Positions 15,001 to 27,500 of a stretch of 64,000 bases of DNA are shown here, piece by piece. Each line of letters starts with the position of its first letter. Within the stretch, counting starts at the first letter, position 1. The DNA lies in assembly GCA_965215125.1 (NCBI GenBank), contig OZ244052.1, forward strand, positions 1,920,001 to 1,984,000, in the 5' to 3' direction. The notes beneath the pieces are model-generated. The model was not told the DNA's origin, made no database searches, and saw only the letters and a program-made list of their open reading frames with translations. The DNA comes from an uncultured candidatus Porisulfidus sp. Its GTDB lineage: Bacteria > Pseudomonadota > Gammaproteobacteria > Poriferisulfidales > Oxydemutatoraceae. Made by a program: the position numbers and the translations under genes.

Positions 15001-18000
15001 ATGCGTCTGCTCGTGTCGGCAATGGACACGGTGGCAGGTTTTATACCGGATGTTGAAGTCACCGGTGCCGGCGGGATGGATGCCGAATTGAATTCCCCTC
15101 TAACCCAACTCACAAAATTCTTTAATGTGCCGCTAAACGATGTCGGCATGACGACGATTACGGTGACCGTGAGTTCCGGGTTTCGCTATCGTTTTGAATA
15201 TACCATTAATGTGGATCGTCTACCTTTTTCAATTCCGATCAACAGCAAAGGCGATCGTCTTGCCGATGTCGACGGCAACGGCTTGTTGGAAGTCGGAACG
15301 GTGGAGCAGTTGGATGCGATGCGCTATCAACCGAACGGTAGCGGTTATCGTGCGAGCGGGACGGTGAGCGAGATAAACAGCGGCTGTCCCCCCAGCGGTT
15401 GCATAGGTTATGAACTGGTAGCAGATTTAGATTTTCTCGACGAGTCCAGCTACGATAACGCACAGCTTACGATGCCGTTATGGACGACCGGTGCCGGGTG
15501 GCAACCGATAGGCAGCCGGACAAATCCTTTTACCTCCCGGTTTGTTTCTTCGGACCGTACGATTTCAAATCTATCTATCCGTCGTCGCGGTAGCGATGAT
15601 ATCGGTTTATTCGGTGTCATCCGCGGTGCCGTAATTATTAATGGTATCGGTTTAATCAATGTAGAGATTGCCGGCAATAACCGTGTCGGTGCGTTGGTCG
15701 GTGTAGATCTAGGAGGCAATAGCCGAATCATCAACAGCTATGCATCCGGTACGGTACGCGCTTTCGGCGACGATGCCGATGGCTTGGCCGGAGTCCACCG
15801 CGGTAATGCCGGTGGCTTGGTCGGAGTCCACCGCGGTCGGATCGTCAACAGCTTTGTAAGCGGCTTGGTGACCGCACCCGACGGTGCTGCCGGCGGATTG
15901 GTCGGTAGCTTATTGAGCGGCAATATCGACAACAGCTATGCCGGCGGTGCGGTGATAGGTAGGTTTGCCGGCGGCTTGGTCGGATCGATGCAAACCGCTG
16001 TCATCACCAACAGCTATGCGGCGGTTTCGATCGGCGGTAATACGGGAGGTGGCTTAGTCGGCATCGTTGCCCGCGGCGGCGCATCGACGATTGATGATAG
16101 TTATGCGGTCGGTCGCAATAGTTCCGGCGATGCCAAAGGTTTGGCGAGCGAAGAGCAAGCCGGCTTGCTCACCGTCACCACTAGCTACTGGGATAGCGAT
16201 GTTGCGAATGTTTCCACCAGCGACGGTGGTGGTAGCGGTCGGACCACCGCAAACCTTCGGCAGACTATCAGTAATACCGGAATCTACGCCGGCTGGGCGG
16301 AAGAACACTGGTGGTTCGTCCCTAGAGAGCAGTACCCGAGGCTAAGATATCAAAGCCAATGTGAGACCTCCGGCAGTACGACGAGACCGGATTGCGGTGA
16401 GCTATTGCCCGGACAATATACCGGTTTGATGAGATTGACATTTTCGCAGGAAGTTCTACATCTGGAGCCGCAGTTTAACCCGAGAATATTCGATTATGCG
16501 CTTACGCTGAAAGCCGACGAGACGCAATTCACAATGACACCGACTTGGTATAACAACAATCAAGTTGGGATTAGCGATACCAGCGGCACGAATTCGTCGC
16601 AGAAAGTGAGCAGCGGTCAAGAGTCCGCTTCAATCACGGTGCCGGTGAACGGACTGAACATTATGGTGCGTGCCACCGGTACTACAATTATCAATAACGA
16701 AGACAAAAACCTAATATATCGTATAAGCGTCAGTCGCCATCCCTATTTAACGCTCGGCGATGTAGATGAGGACGACGACGGCTTGATAGAGGTGCGCGAT
16801 TTTAGAGATTTGAATGCGATGCGCTATCAGCTGGACGGTAGCGGCTATAGAGCGTCGACCACAGCCGAAAAGATTAGCGTAGGTTGTCCCTCGTCCACCG
16901 GCTGTATCGGCTACGAGTTGGCAACGAGCATCGACTTCGCGAGGAGAAATTGGAATCCTATAGGAGCGAGCGGTGCCGGTGGCTTTAGTTGTGATCACCC
17001 GACGAGCGAGTGTTTTGCGGCGATATTCGACGGTAACCGAGATTTGGGTTATGAAATTTCCAATTTAAGTATAGCCGCATCCGATGCCGACAATGTCGGA
17101 CTATTCGCTTATTTATCTGCCGCAGCCGGGGTTAGAAACCTCGTTTTATCGAATATATCGCTGCAAGGCAGCGAGGGTGTCGGTGGTATCGCCGGCTACA
17201 GTGCCGGGACTCTGGAGAATAACGGGGTCGACGGTACGGTAGTCGGCAAAGCCTATCTAGGCGGTGTCGTCGGATATAACGACGGCCTTATCAGAGAGAA
17301 TTTTGCCGATGTCGTGGTCGGTGGAGACACCTCGGGCGAGAACGACAACATCGGTGGTTTGGTCGGTTATAACACCGATAGGATCTTCAACAGCTATGCG
17401 ATCGGCAGCGTATCGGGTGATAACAACATCGGTGGTTTGGTCGGTCGTAGCGAGCGTGGCGGTCATATTATCAACAGCCATGCAAACAATCGTGTGTCGG
17501 GTATAAACCATATCGGTGGTTTGGTCGGGCGCAACGACGACAATTCAAGAATTCTCAGTAGTTATGCTTTGGGTGAGGTTTCGGGTAACACCGGGGTCGG
17601 TGGTTTGGTCGGTTTGAATTTCGGTATACTACGGGATACCTACGCAAGCGGTAATATCGTCGCAAGCGATAGGGTCGGCGGTTTGGTCGGTGATAACCGT
17701 AATGCTGACAATAATGCAATCGGCAATAGTTATGCTATCGGACGAGTGCGAGGTGATACCGAAGTCGGTGGTTTGATCGGCTACAACACCGGCACCGGCA
17801 ACATCACCGATAGTTATTGGGATATGAACACGAGCGGACTCACGCAAAGTGCCGGTGGCAGCGGCCAAACCACTGCTAGATTGCGAATCGACATAATAGG
17901 TTCTGGTACAACTATTTTTGGTTCAAGTAATAGTATCTTTCTTCATTGGGATTTGGCGCAATGGCAATCCAGCCGCAATCAATATCCGATACTCAAATAT

Positions 18001-21000
18001 GCAAACTACAGTATCGACGGCAGTCGGACATGTCGCTTCGTTGATTCCAGAATATTACAACAAAGCCCGGAACTAGTGCCCGACGACTTGGCAATATGCG
18101 GTCAGAGCACTAATATACTTCAACCTCGAACATTCCAGAGTTACGGTTTGAACAGTTTGCTTAGTTTAGGAATTCCGCAGTTGTCGCCGCAATTTTCACC
18201 GACCAGGTTGCGTTATCGGGTTGATGTAGAGTTTGACGAAGCGGTTGAGAGATCACTGTTGCTATCATTAGTACCGACTGCTGCGGATCCCGATGCGATC
18301 ATCGATATTGCCTATAACGGAGAGCAAAGCACCGTTGCCAGCGGTGCCGGCGAGGAAATCGTGCTGGATCCGGCAAGCGAGGATGACATTATTATCACTG
18401 TGCGAACCCCTAGTCCGGATGCCAAGTCCAACCCCAAATCGGTCGTTGAATATGTGCTGGAGCTCGATTATTTTGTCGTCGATCTCGCCAGAGAGATAGT
18501 AATCGCCGTGAACCGAGAAGTCGATAGCGACGGCGACGGTTTGATAGAGATCAATTATCTGGAGGATTTGGATGCGGTGCGCAACGATGTCGACGGCATA
18601 GTTTATCGCTACACATTCCCCAATGGTATATCGGTACGGAGTGCAACGGGTTGTCCCACCACCCCGACTGTCGGTTGTCGGGGCTACGAACTGATAAGAG
18701 ATTTGGATTTTCTCGATCCCGACAGCTATCTCTCGGGCACGGTGAACCTCGATTGGGTGAATCGCTGGGATCCTATAGCCAACACTGAGTTTTCTGAATG
18801 CAATTTGGGTACCTGTTTCAACGGAATCTTCGACGGCAACAATCATACCATTCATAATCTGCGTATCGGTGCCGATGTCGGCAAAGACGCAGCAGGTTTG
18901 TTTCATTCCATAGGTCGGACGGGCCGCGTTAGCAATTTGAGTTTAAGAAATGTTACGATTGAAAATTTGGCACCGAGGACGGTTCAAGTCGGTAGCTTGG
19001 CAGGCCATAGTTATGGCACTATTTCCAATACCCGTGTAATCAACGGCAAGATTTTAATAGACCAACCCCCGATACCCGATGATAGGGGTGGTGTGGGTCG
19101 CGATAGACGAGGTGTCGGTGGCTTGGTCGGTACCAATGAAGTCGGCGGCATTGTCCGGTATAGTTCGGCACATATCGATGTTTCAACACATATCGATGAT
19201 TCAACCATGGCTGGAATCTCGGATATACGGACAGGCGGATTGGTAGGCAGTGGCAGAACGGGAGGAAAGATATTTAACAGCTACGCAATCGGTACGGTGA
19301 CGGGAGATTTCATAGCTGGTTTGGTAGGATTTCGAGACAATGTAAATAATGTCGTTGAAAATAGTTATATGATGGTTAAATTAAACATAATCGGTCGAGA
19401 GAATCCCAATTCGAATCTCATCGGTACAATTAGTGGCATAAGCGTGGATAGTCCTTTCTTGACTTTTAGGGATGCGATCAAAAATAGTTATGTAGCCGGT
19501 AGGTTCGTCAATAACTCGGGGCTGGCTACGAATCGGTTTTTTCTAAACATATTCACTCCGAGACCGGGCTTAGGGGATAACGACAAATATCTCTTCTTTG
19601 ACGAATTATCCTCAGGACGCGCAGGAGCCACGGATAGTTACTGGGATGAAAATTTCGGCAATATTAACCGCAATATTGCCAGTCGTCGGATGACTGCGCA
19701 ATTACAAATGCCGACCACCTCAACCGGTATTTATGAAAATTGGAGTACTGCCGATTGGGATTTCGGCACCGCTTCGCAGTATCCGACGCTGAGAGCTGCC
19801 GATGGTGAGTTGGCACCCGAGGTATGGGATATGTTGGTAGACGATATCGCACCGACAAGAGCTCTGATATTGCCCGACGAGGACATGTTCGATCAATTCA
19901 TTTTCAGAGGGCGACAGCTGATAGTCGACGGCAATCGTCTGCTTGCGCCGATTACGCTCGACACGGATCCTGCCGTTGCCGACATCGAAGTTGAGATCTA
20001 CTGCGACCGCTTCCGTTGTCGGTTGGCAGACCCCGACGATAGTACCTCGGTTATTTTAGGCACTACCGATACCCGGCAGATTAGGTTCACCGCCCGTCGT
20101 GGCAACCGAGTGTCGGATTATAATTTCGATGTTGCCTACGATGAATTGTTCCTAAACAATGTCGATAACATCAGCGTAGACGAAGGCGACACCTTCGATG
20201 TGATCGGTGAATACCCGGATAAATTAGGGCTTAGCACGACGCCGAATTTCACGATCAAATGGTCGCAAATAACGGAAACGGATCCGTCCATAGCCCTTGT
20301 AGATACCAATCGCTTAAACCTCGGATTAAGACCGCAGGCAAATGTGGTGGCCGAGAGTAGCGACCATAGCATCGTCACATTTAGGCTGGAAGTCGGCATC
20401 GGAGATCAAGCACACATCGTTAGAGACATATCGGCGCGTATCAACAAGGTCAACAATGCACCGCCCACCGGAAGCCTCGCACTTCAACTCGCCGATAATA
20501 GGAGAATAAGGTTCGTAGTATTATCGCAACCGAACGATATAGACGGTGGTCTCGGTCAGCCTACGCTACAATTTCAACGGCGTCTCGTCGGCGATAGAAG
20601 CGGGATTTGGGATAACTTTCAACTGCCGGAATCGCCTCCCAATCTCTATACCGCGCCGCTCGAAGCCAGAAGTTATGAATATCGTATCGTTGCCTCATAT
20701 CGAGACGGACAGGGTTATAGCGAATCGTTAATAACGAATTCGGTCACAATCATTTCAACCCAGGACCCCGACGGCGACTTTGTTTTGAATGACGACGACA
20801 TAGACGACGATAACGATGGATTGATAGAAATCCGCTGCTTGGAAGACCTCAACAGGGTGCGCTATGAGTTGGACGGTAGAGGTTACAAAGACAGCGAGGA
20901 TGACGCGTTGAATACCACCGGTTGCCCGATTGGTGGTTGTATCGGCTACGAGTTGGTGGAGAACCTCGATTTTGAGGACGATGCAAGCTACTGTACATCG

Positions 21001-24000
21001 GATACGGATACGACTGCGCGCGACGCACTCAAGGCTGCGTGGACGGTGGCGCAGGGCAATTTCGGAAATCCCAGAGATCTGAGCTGGCAACCGATAGGGG
21101 GTGTCTTCAGCGCGGTGTTTGACGGAAATAACAACAAAATCTCAAATCTGCAAATAAATAGTAGCGTTCCGACAACACAAACAAATGTGGGTTTATTCTC
21201 CGTTATCGGTGCAAACGCAAAAGTTGAAAATCTGCAGCTTGAAGATGTTGCGATCAAAGGCTTCGTGGTTAGGAGAAACATAGGCGGCATCGCCGGCACT
21301 TTGCGCCGCGACGGCTTAGTTTTTAATAGTTATGTGACCGGTAATACCGAGAGAAACAATACCAATAAAGTAATCTCGGGGGATTTGGGAATTATGGGGG
21401 GGTTGATCGGCTTGAACCGAGGTAACATCCTCAATAGTTATGCACAAATTAATATACGCTTGGATGCGAGGAGCGGGACCCTACCACCGGTGACGAGTGA
21501 TGTCAAGTTCGCCGGTGGATTAGTCGGTGAGAATAGCGGCGGCGGCAAGATTCTAAACAGCTATTATGCAAACGGAGAAATTCTCGGACCTTGTGCTGTC
21601 GGTGGATTGGTCGGGGTTCAAAGATCCGAGAACCGGAATACGCTGTCGCTGACCAGCGAAATCAGAAATAGTTATGTCTTTGCTGCCAGAGTGCAACTGA
21701 ACCGTGCCGAGTCTCGTTGCGGAAACTGGATCAACAATACCGTGTATGCCGGCGGGTTGGTCGGTTTTAGTGCCGATTCTCCCATTACCAATAGCTATGT
21801 AGGAAATGGGACCAGGGCATTTAGAGACGGCAATAGAAACACATGTTCTAGTAGTCAAATAGCACTCCAAAATTTCTCTGTAGACGGTGATCCTATCACA
21901 AGAAATATTGCAATTCGTCTCGGCGGCTTTGCCGGGCGTGTCAACAACAATGATATAACCGACGGTTATTGGGAATACAACGGTTATCAGTGTAGTAGTG
22001 GTCCTAATCCATACTATGGCTTGGCTGATTCGCCGCTCAGAGCCAGGCATGGCAATGACGAATTGATATTTCCTACAGCTCCGAATGCGGCACCGCTAGA
22101 CGGCCAATGTGAGGATCTTAGGCTTGGTACTGGTACTAATTCAAAGTATTCTTGTACAACTTATACAAACTGGAGCACCGACGATTGGTTCTTCGGTAGT
22201 AGCAATGAATACCCGTTTATTAGACACGCTGTCGGATTGGTTAGAAATAATCCGGGTTGCGATTTTGACGACAATACCTCATTGCCTGAATGCGGTGCTT
22301 TATTGCCCGGTCGACCGCGCAGTGACCTGAATGTAAGAGACAACCCAGTACCCGGGTTATCGCCACCTCTGCAGGTAGATATCCCGCCGCAAGCGAGAAT
22401 TCGCTATGCCGTCGACGGCGATACCCTAACCGAACTAAACGCACCGAATACGATCACTATAGACGAGGGAGAGACCCTGACCTTGGATGCATTGCGGAGT
22501 ATCTCGGCAAATAATACGCCTTTGAACTATTTATGGAGGCAGGCGAGCGGTCCCATGTTGTTGCTCGAGCCGGTTGCCGGCACCGAGATTCAACTTCGTG
22601 CCGCCGATGATTTCGTAGCTGCCGATGTGGATAGCGCACAAGTTGTTATCTGGTTGGAACTCGGAGAGAGAAACAATCCCGATTTGTTCACATTAACAAG
22701 TATCACGCTGAATGTCATTAAGCGCAACAGCCAAGGTAGCCTGACTGTCGATTGGTTGGGTGATGCAGTGTTGTATTTATCCGAAATCAACGACCCCGAC
22801 GGTGGTCCTTTCACCGATGTTGAGTATCAATGGCGCCGCGGGAGTGACGGAAGATTCGTCGATATCATAGGTGCCAACGAATTGAGTTATAGAGTGCCGC
22901 CGGAAGCCAGGGACAGTCAGTATCGTCTGCAAGTCGGGTATACCGACGGACAAGGTTATTTCAATCGCGTTTCCTTCGACGCACAACCGTACTCGACGAT
23001 TGCCGATTTGGTCGATAAAGACCGAGACGGATTGATAGAGATTTCTACGATAGAGCAACTGAGTGCCATCCGCCATCAACCCGACGGCAGCGGCTATAAA
23101 GCCGAAATGAACGGTGCATCCGATAGTAGCGGTTGTCCGGGCGGGACTTGTCGCGGTTACGAATTGGTTAGGAATTTGGATTTCGACGACCGCGCTAGTT
23201 ATAGCAGTACTGCGACCGATGTGATAGAACAATGGGATAATTGGAATGGAATTGATAATTTTAATACCGTTTTTGAAGGCAACGAATTGACGATTTCAAA
23301 TCTAAAAATAATCGGCGAAGCGAATAGTTCGAATATAGGTCTGTTCGGTAGAACACTACAAGCGGCTGAAATTCGGAATATCAGCTTGGCACAAGCCAGT
23401 GTGCAGGGCGCAAACAGGGTGGGCATGCTCGCCGGTAATTTTACCGGTCGTGCGATTACCGACAGTCATGTGTTGAGTGGTGATGTCGTCGTAACCGGTG
23501 AAATCGGCGGTTGTTTGATCGGCCGTGCCGGCGGCAACGCGACTATTAGTGATAGTTCGGTAAATTGTACGATAACCGGATACAATACCGTGGGTGGTTT
23601 GGTCGGTGAGAGTTCTGCAGGAATTGAGCGTAGCTTTGCAACCGGTGCGGTTGTAGAATTGCCGCTATCCAATCTAAGCCGCACAATCGAGATCGGAGGA
23701 TTGGTTGCCACCTTGCTCGATGGGCGTATCGAGGATAGCTATGCAGCCGTTGATATACGAAGTCAAAGTACGAACAATTTGATCTTTTCCTCTTCGGGGG
23801 TCGGTGGCTTGGTCGGCCGGAGTGAGTTTGGTGCCTCGATTAACAATAGTTATGCGATAGGTGATGTAATCAATGTCGGAGATGCTCGTATCGATCTCGT
23901 AGGCGGCTTGGTCGGAGATGCAGGCGGTTCGATATCAAATAGTTATGCAACCGGCAATGTGGATGTATCGAGCGGCTTGCAAAGCCTCAATACGGGCGGT

Positions 24001-24500
24001 TTGGTCGGACGCCTCAACGCGACGACCGTTGATAATAGTTATGCAAGCGGCGATGTAAAAGGATATAGAAATGTGGGCGGGTTGATCGGCTTGGTGAGAG
24101 ACTCTAATTCGGGCATCAATAATAGCTATGCCAACGGTGCGGTTAGCGGGGATGCGCGAATAGGTGGCTTGGTCGGTAATGCAAACGGTTCGATATCAGA
24201 CAGCTATGCAATCGGCAACCTGAGCGGGCGAGCGGATGTCGGTGGCTTTGCCGGTATCGGATCTGCATCATTGCAAAACAGTTATTGGGATACCGACCGT
24301 AGCGGTACAACAAGCAGTGTTGTTGCAAGAGGCTTTGCATCCGAAGTCCTTAAATCGGCAACTGCGCCAAGCATGACAGCAAACGGAGTGTATTACACCT
24401 GGAGTTCGGATAACTGGGATTTCGGTGTCGACACGCAGTATCCTGCCCTTAAATACAGAGACGCTAGTTGCGGAACTGCAACACCATCATCGAATTGCGG
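1..24500 (+). repeat. 14 complete plus 1 partial GLUG beta-helix modules, each followed by one or more Ig/cadherin-like spacers, usually via a Cys-containing linker
   Basis: Module starts at ~712, 2293, 3898, 5419, 6952, 8530, 10177, 11971, 13363, 15265, 16765, 18523, 20803 and 23014. Each ends in a WDFG/WNFG/WHFG/WFFG-type motif (degenerate in two modules) followed by YP. Confidence 0.85.
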
Positions 24501-27500
24501 CGAGGTGTTGTTGCGTCAACGTCTCGGCTTGCGAGATATACGATTAAGCCAACTAGGTGCAACGAGGCAGGCACAAATTGTTCCGACCTTCGATGCAACG
24601 ATCGATAAGGAGGATCCCGATGCGACCGCGGTCAGAGACTATAGATTATATGTGGACAGCAATGCCCTCGAATTTGGAATTAACGCGGTTGCAAATAGCC
24701 GCGACAGCGTCATCGCCGTGGACGGCGGTCCGGTATCGGCAGGCACGGTAGATTATTCGCCTGCTCTGGACTTTTCTACCACGACGGTGGTGAAAATACT
24801 GGTGTCCGAACCGTACGAGATTGAAGGCAAGGAAAACCTCAAAGTTGAATATCGTTTAACGCTCAATGCTTTCCCGATGGTCGACGACATTCAATATCAA
24901 GCGGCACTAGATGAGCAATCGGCACCGCTAAATGCTTCGGTGCCGATAAGGGAAGGCCACTTTATAGTTTTGACTAGCCGGGTGTCGGATATCAACGGTA
25001 ACGATTTGAGCTACCGGTGGACGGTGGATAGAACTCAAGTATCACTTTTGGACGAATCTACGCTCGTCGGCACCGTCGTAGGCGGTTCGGGTAATATCAT
25101 TCTTCCGTTCTATTTGACCGATGATTTCGTCGCCGCAGATCGCTCTCAAGAGATGGTGCGTGTGTCGTTGACGGTTCAAGATTCCGAAGGCATCAGCATG
25201 ACCGAGGAACTGTCGTTGCCGGTGATGAAACACAACAACGGCACAATCGGTGGAATCAGCACACCTACGCAGATAGGCTTCACTTATACTGCCCCGACCG
25301 TCACTGCGACGCAGTTGGCCGAGGACCCCGACCGGGGAGGTGATATCGATAGCATCGGCTATCAATGGCAGCGGCAGTTGGATGGTGTTTGGTCGGATAT
25401 CGCCGGTGAGACCGATCCGAGGTATACCGTAAGCGGTTCTATTGCCGATTTCTATCGGGTGTTCATAGGCTATACCGACGGTCAAGGCTATAGAGTTGAG
25501 GTGCCGTCGGCACCGGCGCAAGCCTCGTCGGGTTTGTTGTTGAGAGCACTACCCGAAGCCGGTGCCGACGTAATAGGAAATCTTACTATCCGTTTCAGAG
25601 CGGAGAATTTAAGGGAAGCCGAAGGTGAAATGCGAGACGGTTTCTTCATAACTACGACAAAATATACCGTGCCTACCGAAACCGCCGACATCACGGTTAC
25701 AGCATTCGGCGGAGGCGAGGATATACGCGTAAACGATATGCCTATCGGAATTGACTCCGAGCGAACTCTTCCACTGGATTTCGGCAATAATGAGATTACC
25801 GTTCAATGGCGAGATGAAGAAGGAAGCATGGAGAGAACCTTTACGATAACCGTCCGCCGTGCATACGATACGACGCTACCGAGCTTGCGTATTGCATGGC
25901 AAGGGCAAACTGCGATAGATTTTACCGAAACACCGTCGCAGTCGGATACCGACTATGAATTATCGGAGTTCATCCCTAACAACATTCAAACCGTATCGGT
26001 GTTTGCACGGATATCCGAAGCGGTGAATATTGCCATTGATTTGAATGGAGACAATGTCGGCAATGTTAGCACGAGCACCTCGACCGAAGCCGGCGCGGTT
26101 GTGGCGCGAGCGACATTCGGCGGCTTAGTCTTGGGGGAGAATACTATTCGGTTTGTTATATCGTCTCCGGATGGACTGCAGAGCCAGGAATATACCGCAA
26201 CGGTTTGGCGCAGATATAATGCTCGACTGGAAGCCTTAAGTACGAGTGCTACGGAGGAGCAACTCTCGCCGCCATTTAGTTCCGGAACAACCGAATATTC
26301 GGCACGCACCGCCAACCACCGTGTATCCGAGCGGATCGATTTTAGCGGGGCGGCGGGAACAACAGTCGTCGTTAATAATGTAGCAAGAGGTTCCACATCT
26401 ACGCTACCTCTGCGCATAGGTGATAACACTGCCGAACTGATAGTGATGGCACCGCGTGAACGAGATACGACTTACACGGTTATCGTCCACCGTGAATATA
26501 GCCTGAATCTGCGCAGCCTAAGTTTGGCGAATGCAGTGGAATTAGTGCCGACACTTGTTCCTACGAGAGATAGATATATCACGGAAAATCGATATACCGC
26601 AACGGTTCCCGATACGACGACGCAAGTTACGGTGACATTCGCAACCGACCTAGGCATAAGGTCGCTTCTGAGTGCGCCCATCCGGCCGGTGATTACCGAG
26701 AATAATACGATACGCAACAACGATACCGACGATCGGATAGAGATCACCGCATCGGTGCCGTTGAAATTTGACGAAAATCCTATTTTGATCAGGACTTCGG
26801 CACTCGGAGAGCAGCGTGTTACCACGCTTACGGTCACCCGGCTCAGAGGTAAAAATCCCGATTTGCAGCCGCAGCCCGACGGTTTGGTTCCCGAGACGGC
26901 GGATTCTATAAGCTACGATGAAGACACTCGACGCTATACCATCGATGTACCTAATCGTATTGCCGACCTTCGGTTGACCTTGAGACCACAGGATCCGAAT
27001 GTCTCTAGTATTACTCTGGGCAATAGACAACTGGATTTGAGGGGGCTGAGAGACACCGGTTCGGTTGACGGAATTATTTCCGACTTGATAGAAGGCGGGG
27101 TGGTTGAAGTAGGACTGAAAATAATCGCACACAACGGGATCAATTCGCAGACCTATACGGTGAGAATCAATCGTGCATTGAGTAGCAACGACAACCTCGA
27201 TTATGTGCAACTTAGTCAATTTAATGAAGGACAAGACTCCGCCGCAGCTTCGTATCGGATAGACAGCGGACAGTTTATCGGAATCGGACTATTGTCGCAG
27301 CAGTCTGTTCGCAACGAAGTGGATAAAATCAAATTGCTGCCGATAACCGAGCATAGAGATGCGACCGTTAGGATTACCAAAGTCGGAGATACGCCCGAAG
27401 TCGTCTACCTCGACGCGAAGGGTAGCGGTAGCACGCCGAGCGACTTCATCAATCTGGACTTGGGACAAAACGATATTAAAATTAGAGTAACCGCACCCGA

